Below, in pieces: positions 8,020 to 16,400 of a DNA stretch of 58,173 bases. The position numbers and the translations under genes are program-made. The notes beneath the pieces are model-generated. The model ran no database searches, had not been told where the DNA came from, and worked only from the letters and a program-made list of their open reading frames with translations. The stretch covers positions 1-58,173 of the IMG/VR virus record IMGVR_UViG_3300025141_000105. One strand, given 5' to 3'. This DNA comes from a virus (Duplodnaviria > Caudoviricetes). Positions within the stretch are counted from its first letter, which is position 1; each line of letters opens with the position of its first letter.

Positions 8020-8699
8020 TGAATCCACAATTCAAACAAAAGTTTATAAAATATTTATTTAAACTTATTCCAGCTAACATAAGGAAAGAGTTTGGGGATT
8101 TTGAAATGACAGAATACAATACAGGATATATCAGGATGCATGGAGGTAACGTGCATTCTGTATATCTTATTTGTAGACCTTCTAAGTATTCTGAACTACA
8201 AGGAGAAATATTTGTTAAGTATAAGCACAAAGAAAAAGACTTTATCTATGATAAGATATACTACAGACCTGATGGCTGTAATGAATATAGGTATAACAAA
8301 AACTTTGATATAGATGCTATATATCTTACAGGATACTCTATATTACCTGCTTTAGATTCTATAACTAAAAAACATTTCTTTGATACTTTAAAAGAATGGG
8401 AGCAAGCAGACAATATTCTAAAAGAAACTAATGAATATGTATCTGCATATCAAGTTATTAAAAATAAAGAGAAAGTAAGAATAGCTTATATAATATGTTC
8501 TGATAAAATTACATCAGTAAATGATGAAACACAGAAAATAGTAGATAGTATCACAGAGAATTTTACTATTAAAAATTGTATATACGGCTGTAAAGGAACT
8601 TTAGAAAAAGATAAAGTTATTAAGTCAGACCCTATATACTTAATAGTATATGATAAAAATGCAGAGAACATTGCAAAACAATTAAAAGATAAAAAATGA
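8019..8699 (+). CDS. Hypothetical protein
   Basis: 226-aa ORF with TAATG coupling. Confidence 0.7.
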   Translation: MNPQFKQKFIKYLFKLIPANIRKEFGDFEMTEYNTGYIRMHGGNVHSVYLICRPSKYSELQGEIFVKYKHKEKDFIYDKIYYRPDGCNEYRYNKNFDIDAIYLTGYSILPALDSITKKHFFDTLKEWEQADNILKETNEYVSAYQVIKNKEKVRIAYIICSDKITSVNDETQKIVDSITENFTIKNCIYGCKGTLEKDKVIKSDPIYLIVYDKNAENIAKQLKDKK

Positions 8700-9088
8700 A
8701 AAATTCAGTAGTATTTGAAGGGGGTATTGATAAAGTTAGTACCTTAGCAGATGGTAGTTTAAGAGTTTATTTAGGAACTCCTGAACTAACTAACGAAACA
8801 ATGGTAAACTTATTTGGTTTAATTAAGAAGCCTGGTTACGTATTAATATCAACAAACTCTATAAATCAGGATCAAATAGATGCAGTTGAGAAAGCAACTA
8901 CTAACACAGAGTTTAGCGAAAAAACTCCTAGCCAGAGAATGAGAGGGGTAATGTATAAACTATGGGAGAAAACACAACCTAAAACCATGAATGGTGATAC
9001 AGGGCAAATGGAATATATAGATTTTGATTTATTCTACAAAAGACAAATGAATAAAATAATTGATCACTTTAAAACTAAATTAGACTAA
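8696..9088 (+). CDS. Conserved phage protein (KTPSQRxR motif)
   Basis: TLADGSLRV...TPEL; KTPSQRMRGVMYKLW; F..FY...M.KII. Confidence 0.7.
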   Translation: MKNSVVFEGGIDKVSTLADGSLRVYLGTPELTNETMVNLFGLIKKPGYVLISTNSINQDQIDAVEKATTNTEFSEKTPSQRMRGVMYKLWEKTQPKTMNGDTGQMEYIDFDLFYKRQMNKIIDHFKTKLD

Positions 9089-9369
9089 TGACAAAACATA
9101 ATGAACATTATTGGGAGATAGGTAGAAATGGATATATTACAGATACCACTGGAGATAAAAGAATACCTTCATATTATATAGGTAGGTATCATAAATATGA
9201 GGCGCGTAAAGTTGTGGAAGATTTTGATCTTTCCTATAATATTGGTACCTGTGTCACATATTGCCTCCGCAGTAGGAGGAAGCATTCTGATGGGGGAATT
9301 GAAGATATTAAAAAAGCTATAGCTCATTTAGAATTTGAGCTTGAAAGATTAGAAAAATGCAATTCATAA
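9088..9369 (+). CDS. DUF3310 (SaV-like / T7 gp1.7-related) protein
   Basis: PSYY, YNIGT.VTY.LR..RK....EDIKKA..HL. Confidence 0.8.
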   Translation: MTKHNEHYWEIGRNGYITDTTGDKRIPSYYIGRYHKYEARKVVEDFDLSYNIGTCVTYCLRSRRKHSDGGIEDIKKAIAHLEFELERLEKCNS

Positions 9370-9578
9370 TATTTTCAATTATTATATATATAACTTTTAT
9401 TTTGTTTATACAAACATATAAAGAGATTAAAAAAAATCAAAATAAAGAATTAATTAAAAACATGGAAAAATATGCCAAAAAAGAGAAAATTAAACAGCAA
9501 AAATCCAAAGTATATAGACAAAAGCAAATTAAAAGAGAAAGTGGAAAAAAGAAAAGAACTTGCATGTACCACATCTAA
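9357..9578 (+). CDS. Small membrane-anchored protein
   Basis: N-terminal hydrophobic helix; its 3' half overlaps ORF 9472-9612. Confidence 0.45.
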   Translation: MQFIIFSIIIYITFILFIQTYKEIKKNQNKELIKNMEKYAKKEKIKQQKSKVYRQKQIKRESGKKKRTCMYHI

Positions 9579-9612
9579 TGGGGTAAAAGTATATAAAGTT
9601 TGGTATGAATAG
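9472..9612 (+). CDS. Small basic protein (not in ORF track)
   Basis: Hand translation MPKKRKLNSKNPKYIDKSKLKEKVEKRKELACTTSNGVKVYKVWYE*, 46 aa. Confidence 0.55.
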   Translation: MPKKRKLNSKNPKYIDKSKLKEKVEKRKELACTTSNGVKVYKVWYE

Positions 9613-9709
9613 AGATAGACAAAATAAAGATTCAATGCTATTTTTAATAGTAGGTTATATAGGATTAGTTGCTTTAATAATAGGTTTAGTAATAGGAAGA
9701 TTAATATAA
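9605..9709 (+). CDS. Small single-TM protein (not in ORF track)
   Basis: MNRDRQNKDSMLFLIVGYIGLVALIIGLVIGRLI*, 34 aa. Confidence 0.55.
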   Translation: MNRDRQNKDSMLFLIVGYIGLVALIIGLVIGRLI

Positions 9710-9721
9710 ATAATATTTAAT

Positions 9722-9922
9722 ATGGATGAAATTATAAGTTTAAGTATTATTGCATTTGTTTTAGTGGTTGGTTTTATAATAGGAGCTATATTTGCTGTAA
9801 TTGTAAATGCAAAAGAAAATAAATCCTTGACAAAAGAGATTGATAAGTTTAGAGATTTATATTTTGAAGAAATGGATAAATGGAAAAATAAATATGATGA
9901 TGATGATTATGAAGCATATTAA
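9722..9922 (+). CDS. Single-TM protein with acidic tail
   Basis: N-terminal TM helix, coiled-coil, DDDDYEAY end. Confidence 0.65.
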   Translation: MDEIISLSIIAFVLVVGFIIGAIFAVIVNAKENKSLTKEIDKFRDLYFEEMDKWKNKYDDDDYEAY

Positions 9923-10052
9923 AGAAAAATTAATATATTTACTACATAGAATAGGATTTCATAATTCTAATTGTAGAAGAAGAATATATACTACAGAACA
10001 AGATTGTTTATGTTTAATAACGGGGAATACCCATAAAAAATTTCAATTATGA
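9909..10052 (+). CDS. Small His/Cys-containing hypothetical protein
   Basis: Likely start MKHIKEK at 9909 rather than 9840; HRIGFH..NC...C.C; ATGA coupling to groES. Confidence 0.5.
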   Translation: MKHIKEKLIYLLHRIGFHNSNCRRRIYTTEQDCLCLITGNTHKKFQL

Positions 10053-10309
10053 TAAAAGCAGTAGGGCTAAGAGTAATAATACGTCCAGATAAACCAGAAG
10101 AAGTAACAGATTCAGGAATTATATTAACCGAAGTATTGCCAGACATACCTGATAGAGGAATTGTAGTTTCCACAGGGAATAAAGTTAAGGAGCTTAAAGA
10201 AGGTGACTACGTTATATTTGATCCGATGGGGATAAATCCTATCACACATGATAACGAAGAATATTTTTTATTCTATGAGGCCCAAATATTAGCTAAAATA
10301 AAAGAATAA
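10049..10309 (+). CDS. groES: Co-chaperonin GroES (Cpn10)
   Basis: RVIIRP...EEVTDSGIIL mobile loop, G.VVSTG, LKEGD.VIF, EAQILAKI. Confidence 0.88.
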   Translation: MIKAVGLRVIIRPDKPEEVTDSGIILTEVLPDIPDRGIVVSTGNKVKELKEGDYVIFDPMGINPITHDNEEYFLFYEAQILAKIKE

Positions 10310-10310
10310 T

Positions 10311-10526
10311 ATGGCATTTCTAAAACACTTAAAATCATATGATCATGAAGAAAACACAAGGTGGATTGTAAAATATGATAAAAAAGGATTAGTAAGAGAG
10401 GTTAAGCAAATATATAAACCATCAGAATATTATTCCTTCAATAAACATAAAGGTAAAAATGCAAGACCTTTACATAATAAAAATGTTCTTATTAAGATTC
10501 TAGAAGACGATAAAACTAAACGTTAA
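10311..10526 (+). CDS. Hypothetical protein, last gene of the + arm
   Basis: 71-aa ORF; overlaps the converging gene by 11 bp. Confidence 0.65.
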   Translation: MAFLKHLKSYDHEENTRWIVKYDKKGLVREVKQIYKPSEYYSFNKHKGKNARPLHNKNVLIKILEDDKTKR

Positions 10527-11799
10527 CATTATAGTTTAGTATACCTTGTAAGCCGTTTTGCCTACTATATATAAAAGCTTGAGCTTTCTTTATATTACCG
10601 ATAAAACCTTTACTATCATGCCAATAATCTGTTGCAGACATAGATGAAAGATTTCTAACAGTTATACCGTTAAGCTCTTCTATAGCCTGCAGCTTCATGG
10701 CTTTATTAGTATGGTAATGACCTCTATGAACTTCCACATATACAGTATCACTCCATAAGTTTTTAAATCTTTGAGCTATAATTCCAGGAAGACTTGCTAT
10801 CTTAGGCCCATCACCATGATCAGATATAATAAGGTTGTTACCATAAGGCAATGCCTTCATTAAACAATCATTATTATCTACCTTAACATTTTTATTGTTA
10901 TCATAATAAAGCTCTAGTGTATCGCCTAAATGCATAACTGATTCTCTATCATGATTACCTGGTATTACCATAACATGAACATCAGCTACTTCAGATAGTA
11001 TATCAATAGCTTTAATCATAAGCTTTCTAGCTTGTCTATACATATCTATATGGTAATCTGAATTAAATTGAGGGGTTCCTCTTGTTGTCGCAGGTACAGG
11101 CCAATCTCTGTCTGAATTTAATAAATCGTGCCCTACGATAAAAAGTATCTTATCTATGTAATACCCTTGTGCTCTATATAATAAGTGCTCTATCGCGCTT
11201 AAAAGACGTTCTTCAGCTATATCCATACTATACTTATCTCCTTTTATACCAATCTTACCTAAATGTAAATCAAAAGCTGATATCTCTAATAAATGTAAAT
11301 CATTTCTGTCATCAGGTCTTTTTCTTTTAATTTTTGAAACCTTAGGAGATAAATTACGTAAGTCTTCAATAAGTTGCTGTTTAACTAATTTTATATTAAG
11401 CTCAGGTTCTATTCTTTTTAAGAAGGCTTTAGTCCTAAACATAGTTACTGTTACTGGATTTCTGTCATTATCAAATCCTGTTACTTCATATGTTCCTATA
11501 TCATATTTAGCTACTTCCCAATTATCTAAATCAACTTGACAAGCCGCTAATAAATCCTCTAAAGATTTTACTCTAGTGCAATTCTCAGCAGTTAAAATAG
11601 CATCTGTTTTAGTTTCTTGAAAACTAATAACTTCCTTTTCTTTAGGCTCTGTGTCTGGGTTTTTCTTTCTAAGGTTTCGGGCAACAGTTCTTATTTGCTC
11701 GTAATTAGTGCCAAATTTTTTAGCTGTGTCTGCGTATTTACTACGCATTAAGTGAGGGTTACTTAATAAATATTCCCTAATTTCATCATTTAAAGACAT
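10516..11799 (-). CDS. Calcineurin-like metallophosphoesterase with N-terminal HTH
   Basis: DLHLGK, GHDLLNSD, PGNHD, HGD and GHYH motifs; ADTAKKFGTNYEQIR HTH. Confidence 0.88.
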   Translation of the reverse strand: MSLNDEIREYLLSNPHLMRSKYADTAKKFGTNYEQIRTVARNLRKKNPDTEPKEKEVISFQETKTDAILTAENCTRVKSLEDLLAACQVDLDNWEVAKYDIGTYEVTGFDNDRNPVTVTMFRTKAFLKRIEPELNIKLVKQQLIEDLRNLSPKVSKIKRKRPDDRNDLHLLEISAFDLHLGKIGIKGDKYSMDIAEERLLSAIEHLLYRAQGYYIDKILFIVGHDLLNSDRDWPVPATTRGTPQFNSDYHIDMYRQARKLMIKAIDILSEVADVHVMVIPGNHDRESVMHLGDTLELYYDNNKNVKVDNNDCLMKALPYGNNLIISDHGDGPKIASLPGIIAQRFKNLWSDTVYVEVHRGHYHTNKAMKLQAIEELNGITVRNLSSMSATDYWHDSKGFIGNIKKAQAFIYSRQNGLQGILNYNVNV

Positions 11800-11810
11800 T
11801 TTATATTTTG

Positions 11811-12062
11811 TTAATTATCATTAATACCAAATCCATGTTGGCTTATCAGTGATAAATTTACAGGAACTATCTTACCCTTCTTACGACCTCCTTTTAACTT
11901 ATTAACTGCTTTATTAACAATTTTTTTGTTAGTAAAAATCTCTCCTTTATTATGTCCCTTAACAATAAAGTTATTTAATATATATTTCTTTTTATTACCA
12001 TCAATAAAAATCCATTTTGATAGCCAGATAGGGATATTATATCTTTTAGTAGGATTATCCAA
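11811..12062 (-). CDS. Hypothetical basic protein
   Basis: 83-aa ORF in operon. Confidence 0.6.
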   Translation of the reverse strand: MDNPTKRYNIPIWLSKWIFIDGNKKKYILNNFIVKGHNKGEIFTNKKIVNKAVNKLKGGRKKGKIVPVNLSLISQHGFGINDN

Positions 12063-12645
12063 CTAAGAAAGTAAATGTTACTCCTAAATCATCTGCCACA
12101 CTCGCTACTCCATAAAAGTATATTTTTTTATCTATATTTTCAAAACCTTGACATAATTCGTATAGATTAAGACCTGTATTGCTGTTAATAGTTGACGACA
12201 CTATTCTATATAATCTATCATCATATGTATCGTCTTCTTTTATTCTTAAATTTTCTATTTCTTCTACAGGATATAAACTCCAAAATAAATTTATGTTGCT
12301 TGACGTTCCTGATATGTGTTGGTAATTAATTATTATATTATTTAATTTTTCACCAGAATTTAAAGTAAATAAATTTTGTATTGTACCTGGAGCTGTTAAA
12401 TTGTAGCCTGCAATTTTCCCGCTTAAAATATTAGCAGACATACTGTTAGTAGCAGGAATCTTCGTCCCTATAACATTTGTATTATTACGAGCTTCTTGTG
12501 TAGCTATAGCTTGAAGTTGAGATGTATTTAGATTGATAGAGCTTCCATCCGAGCTTCTCTCAATAAGATCAGCTTTAGGATTTCTTTGAATAATAGGTGT
12601 TGTTCTAGTACTCTTGGCTTTGTATTTATCTTTAATTATTGGCAT
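12055..12645 (-). CDS. Hypothetical protein
   Basis: 196-aa ORF directly after a promoter element. Confidence 0.7.
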   Translation of the reverse strand: MPIIKDKYKAKSTRTTPIIQRNPKADLIERSSDGSSINLNTSQLQAIATQEARNNTNVIGTKIPATNSMSANILSGKIAGYNLTAPGTIQNLFTLNSGEKLNNIIINYQHISGTSSNINLFWSLYPVEEIENLRIKEDDTYDDRLYRIVSSTINSNTGLNLYELCQGFENIDKKIYFYGVASVADDLGVTFTFLVG

Positions 12646-12649
12646 ATTG

Positions 12650-12657
12650 CAAATTTA
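12650..12657 (-). promoter_or_regulatory. Bacteroidota-type -7 promoter element (TAAATTTG), near-leaderless
   Basis: Minus strand TAAATTTG-CAAT-ATG(12645). Confidence 0.65.
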
Positions 12658-12675
12658 ATAAAATTATTTTATTTA

Positions 12676-13827
12676 TTATCCAGCTGAAATTTTAAGAGTA
12701 TTACTATCATTCCATAATTGCCCAGCATTAGATGGATCTGATGTTGGTAGATTAGCCATCATAATAACATCTCCGATTACGGTTAAATCCCCAGCGACAG
12801 TTGTTGTTGAAGCCGCTCCAGCAGCTATGGTAACATTCACTTCTCCATCTGTAGTATTATCAGATCCTTCTATAAGTAAACCAGTAGTTAATCCAGTAGC
12901 AGTTCCATTACTTTCGGCAATTTTAAAACTCATTTTACCAGCTTCATCTGTATCATCAACCTCTAAGGCTTGAACAATAATATTACCATAATTAATAACT
13001 TCTTCCGCATCGTTTTCTCCATAAAAGTCAATAGAACCTACCTTATCACCATTTACAGCACTAGCACCTCTATTTTTGTAAAATTGCAGGGAACCAGCAT
13101 TTGTGTCATTAGCATTATTTCTTATCTGAACAAGTGGCCTACTAGCAGTACTGGAACTAAAAGAATGAGTAGTACCATTTACTAATAAATTACCAGCAAC
13201 AGTTGTTGTTGAAGCAGCTCCGTTAGCAATAGTAACATCTACTTGACCATCTGTAGCATGTTCGCCTTCTAGTATTAATCCAGGAGCTAAACCTGTGTTT
13301 AATCCGTCGCTTTCAGCCACAGATAAAGTTAACTTACCAGCTTCATCAGTATCATCAGCTTCAGATACATGAGCTCTAATTTCTGCGAAATCAATTTGCT
13401 CTTGTGCTGTATTATCACCCGCAAATGTAATTATCCCTATAGTATCACCATCCGCCCCAGCTGCACCCTTATCTTTAGTAAGTTGAAGTTGACTTGCTTT
13501 GTTGTCGGAGTTAGTGTTTTTTATTTCTACAACTGGTTTTTGAGAGGTCGCAGATTCAATAGTAAAATTATCACCATCAAATGTAAGATTAGCTTCAGAT
13601 GTTATTGTGCCATCACCATCATCTGTTAATAGTTGATTATTAGCTCCATCTACACCAACACTATGAAGGTCTGTAACACCAAGCCCACTATCTTTTACTA
13701 TTTTATTATTAGAATCTAGACCAAGATTACCACCACTAGCTATTGTACCAGTAGATACATCTTCTAAATAGACGTCACTACGAAATCTAGATATAAAATC
13801 CCATATATGTTGTCCTATCCATTTCAT
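12676..13827 (-). CDS. Tail fibre-like protein with an internal duplication
   Basis: G/T/D-rich; two ~125-aa repeats (DDTDEAGK...GAASTTTVAG); C-terminal NLPTSDP..AGQLWND fibre motif. Confidence 0.7.
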   Translation of the reverse strand: MKWIGQHIWDFISRFRSDVYLEDVSTGTIASGGNLGLDSNNKIVKDSGLGVTDLHSVGVDGANNQLLTDDGDGTITSEANLTFDGDNFTIESATSQKPVVEIKNTNSDNKASQLQLTKDKGAAGADGDTIGIITFAGDNTAQEQIDFAEIRAHVSEADDTDEAGKLTLSVAESDGLNTGLAPGLILEGEHATDGQVDVTIANGAASTTTVAGNLLVNGTTHSFSSSTASRPLVQIRNNANDTNAGSLQFYKNRGASAVNGDKVGSIDFYGENDAEEVINYGNIIVQALEVDDTDEAGKMSFKIAESNGTATGLTTGLLIEGSDNTTDGEVNVTIAAGAASTTTVAGDLTVIGDVIMMANLPTSDPSNAGQLWNDSNTLKISAG

Positions 13828-13832
13828 AGTAA

Positions 13833-14312
13833 TTAATTAGTTAACCCATCAAAATCTACATACTCAATAGTTACTTCTTGATTTAATTCTAAAGCTTTAG
13901 CAATATCTGGATATATTCTCTTGTACGCATTAACGGACTTTCCAATGAAGCCATCTTTGATGATGATATTGTTTTCCTGCGAATCACCCACAAGTAAACA
14001 TCCAGCAGAATGCTCATCAGTATTACCAGTATGTATAAGGATATATTCAAAATTCGGGACATTAGTAACGTGTAGCATTCCTTTATGAAATCTGCCATAT
14101 TTATTTTTGTATTTATTATGAAAACCACCTTCAGTTCTTAATTCAATTTTATAAGTTCCAGCGGGTACTCTAGTTTCACCTCTAACCTTTAAAGCTCTTT
14201 TTTCATCTTCTAGTGTATAACATAAGAATTTTAAACCAAGGTCTCCATCTAAAAAAAGTAAGCCAGAAGTACTATCCTCCTGGCTACTAAATCTTAATAC
14301 TTTAAGTTTCAT
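13833..14312 (-). CDS. DUF5675 family protein (putative endolysin/peptidase)
   Basis: STSG.L, CYTLED, GETRVPAGTY, VPNFEYILIHTGN...HSAGCLLVG. Confidence 0.82.
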   Translation of the reverse strand: MKLKVLRFSSQEDSTSGLLFLDGDLGLKFLCYTLEDEKRALKVRGETRVPAGTYKIELRTEGGFHNKYKNKYGRFHKGMLHVTNVPNFEYILIHTGNTDEHSAGCLLVGDSQENNIIIKDGFIGKSVNAYKRIYPDIAKALELNQEVTIEYVDFDGLTN

Positions 14313-14324
14313 GTTTTATTTATA

Positions 14325-14738
14325 TTAGTTGTCTAAAGCGTCACAAATAAGGTATTGTAATTTTTGATCAGCTGTAGCTGCAGTAACTCTTAAAGAAGTT
14401 CCTGAAGAATCAGCATTTAAATCTACAGGAGCAAAAAAGAACTCTCCTGGCTTTAAGTGGCTTATTTCAACATTTTGTCCTGAATCAGGCAATACTGTAA
14501 TAGCATAGTCTGTATCTACATGCTTTAAGAAAGTATAAACTCTATCTACATTAATATCAGAACCACACTCTAATTGCGAGTTACCAGTCTGAACTAAATG
14601 CTCTCCTCCATATAATGCATGAGCTGTAGTATTAGTTTCAGCTGTAAAAGAAGGATTGTATGAAAATACAACAACTCCTTTTTCATCTGTTAATGTAAAA
14701 GATCCTGAAGCTGTATATGTTGTGTGCATTGTTGCCAT
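14325..14738 (-). CDS. Putative virion structural protein (paralogue family A)
   Basis: Beta-rich; LKPGEFFF motif shared with 14763-15152. Confidence 0.6.
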   Translation of the reverse strand: MATMHTTYTASGSFTLTDEKGVVVFSYNPSFTAETNTTAHALYGGEHLVQTGNSQLECGSDINVDRVYTFLKHVDTDYAITVLPDSGQNVEISHLKPGEFFFAPVDLNADSSGTSLRVTAATADQKLQYLICDALDN

Positions 14739-14762
14739 ATCTATTTTTTTTAATGTTATTAA

Positions 14763-15152
14763 TTAAGCGTTTGTATCTATTTCTAAAGCAAAGTATTCTA
14801 CGGTTACTGTAGCTGTATCAGCTTTTGCTACTGTTGTAGTAGTAGAGCGTATAACTGTAAAACAAAATTCACCTGGCTCTAATACAGCAATTGGATCAGC
14901 ACCACTAGAAGCCCCATTATAAACAGTTACAAAATTTGTATCATCTAAATTACGAACATAGATTGCTCTACCGTAACCTGCTGCAGCCATAATGGTATTG
15001 TCCCCATCATGAGCGCAATCTAATCTTCCTGTAGCTACTTGATCTACACCTGTTATATTTAAACTAAAACTACCAGAAGCGCTCTGTGAGTATCCAGTAG
15101 TTGATGTTGCTGTAACGTTTGTTGATGCTGAGAATGTATAATTTTGTGGCAT
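14763..15152 (-). CDS. Putative virion structural protein (paralogue family A)
   Basis: YVRNLDDTNFV, LEPGEFCF. Confidence 0.6.
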   Translation of the reverse strand: MPQNYTFSASTNVTATSTTGYSQSASGSFSLNITGVDQVATGRLDCAHDGDNTIMAAAGYGRAIYVRNLDDTNFVTVYNGASSGADPIAVLEPGEFCFTVIRSTTTTVAKADTATVTVEYFALEIDTNA

Positions 15153-15167
15153 GATTTTATATTTTTA

Positions 15168-15175
15168 CAAATTTA
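15168..15175 (-). promoter_or_regulatory. Bacteroidota-type -7 promoter element (TAAATTTG)
   Basis: Intergenic TAnnTTTG upstream of 15152. Confidence 0.6.
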
Positions 15176-15186
15176 ATAAATTATTT

Positions 15187-15444
15187 TTATATTATTGTTA
15201 TTTTTTTTTTAGATTCTTTAATCTTTTTTAGCTCTGCGCATTTTTCATATTCTTCCAATGTGCAAAAATACTCAATTAAATTGTCAAATACCTTATTAGA
15301 CACCTTTTTTTTAGGAGGAAAAGGTAATGAACATCTATTATATTCAAATAAATCATTAAAACTTAACTTATTTGTTATTAGTATATAAGCGTTCTGCATA
15401 GATTCATGATAAAGCTTTTCATCATTATCATTTTCTTTACTCAT
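15187..15444 (-). CDS. Small protein with UVR (UvrB/C)-like motif
   Basis: LIEYF...EEYEKCAELKK. Confidence 0.6.
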   Translation of the reverse strand: MSKENDNDEKLYHESMQNAYILITNKLSFNDLFEYNRCSLPFPPKKKVSNKVFDNLIEYFCTLEEYEKCAELKKIKESKKKITII

Positions 15445-15445
15445 A

Positions 15446-15838
15446 CTATTTTTTTATTTTCTCATAAGATCTGCCTCCAAAATAAGCTCCTATTACTGTT
15501 ACTAATACTAACTGTAATAAGCTTTTCCATTCATCATCTACCACAAATTGAATTGTTCCTGAATCAATAAATATCATTAATACGGCACTTACTACTAGAA
15601 ATATAAGTGTCATTGGTCTTACGTTTTTACTTAACCAAGAATCTGATTTCATGTCTGACTCCCATCTAGCAGTTACTTGGCGTTCCATTTCTATCTCATA
15701 ATTAGATAAAAGTTCTTTTACTTTTAATTCTGCCGCTAACTTCTCTTCTTTTGATGTATGTAAGTTATCTATAACACCACCAACCCCTTTAACAAGCTCC
15801 GTAGCACCGCTTGAAAATATCTTCCCTAGTATATTCAT
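15446..15838 (-). CDS. Holin (3TM holin, GTA-release family)
   Basis: RWESDMKSDSWLSKNVRP followed by two TM helices and AYFGGRS.EK. Confidence 0.85.
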   Translation of the reverse strand: MNILGKIFSSGATELVKGVGGVIDNLHTSKEEKLAAELKVKELLSNYEIEMERQVTARWESDMKSDSWLSKNVRPMTLIFLVVSAVLMIFIDSGTIQFVVDDEWKSLLQLVLVTVIGAYFGGRSYEKIKK

Positions 15839-15842
15839 GGTT

Positions 15843-16067
15843 TTATTTTTTATTATGGTTACAGCCCTCTAGTTTCGCTATTTCTTTTTCAAGCTCCACT
15901 ATACGGTCTTCGTTCTCGTTTATTATTTTAATCTTTTTCTCTAATCTTCTATCTAAGATTTCTATATCTTCTCCTAATTGAGCAATTTGGCTATAAGCCA
16001 TACCCATAGTGAAGATTATACCTATAATCCAAATTATATTTCCTATATTTAAAGTAAGATCTTTCAT
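15843..16067 (-). CDS. TM + coiled-coil protein (lysis cluster, spanin-like?)
   Basis: N-terminal TM helix followed by a coiled coil. Confidence 0.55.
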   Translation of the reverse strand: MKDLTLNIGNIIWIIGIIFTMGMAYSQIAQLGEDIEILDRRLEKKIKIINENEDRIVELEKEIAKLEGCNHNKK

Positions 16068-16068
16068 A

Positions 16069-16275
16069 CTATTGTTTTCTTATATATTCTAAAATTATAT
16101 CTATTTTCTTTTTCATTTCCTCAATATTCGTAGCGGCTTTTTCGTGATGACGAGAGAATTGATTTTTTACTTCATATAAGCTAAATACTAAAAATCTATA
16201 TAGTGCATATAAAGCTCCTAGTAATAATATTAATGGCAGCCCATATCCTTCTATTAGTTTTAATATCTCTTCCAT
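16069..16275 (-). CDS. Small holin-like membrane protein
   Basis: IEGYGLPLILLLGALY TM then coiled coil (BhlA-like layout). Confidence 0.55.
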   Translation of the reverse strand: MEEILKLIEGYGLPLILLLGALYALYRFLVFSLYEVKNQFSRHHEKAATNIEEMKKKIDIILEYIRKQ

Positions 16276-16297
16276 AGTTTAATCTTTATTTTTACTA

Positions 16298-16400
16298 CTA
16301 AGTTTTCTTATTTTCTCTTTTTCCAAAAATTATCACAATGAAAATAATCACAAATAAGCCTACTTAATATTAAAGATATTATTATTGTTATTATTATCAT
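16298..16400 (-). pseudogene. Small TM ORF apparently broken by a 1-nt insertion
   Basis: Removing one A near 16364 gives MIIITIIISLILVGLFVIIFIVIIFGKRENKKT*; as sequenced it reads MIIITIIISLILSRLICDYFHCDNFWKKRK*. Confidence 0.35.

Noticed and set aside
2412-10173. Minus-strand and alternate-frame ORFs in the + arm (2412, 2584, 4223, 4348, 5382, 7585, 7850, 8486, 9450, 9991)
   Set aside because: They overlap well-supported + strand genes and have no independent evidence
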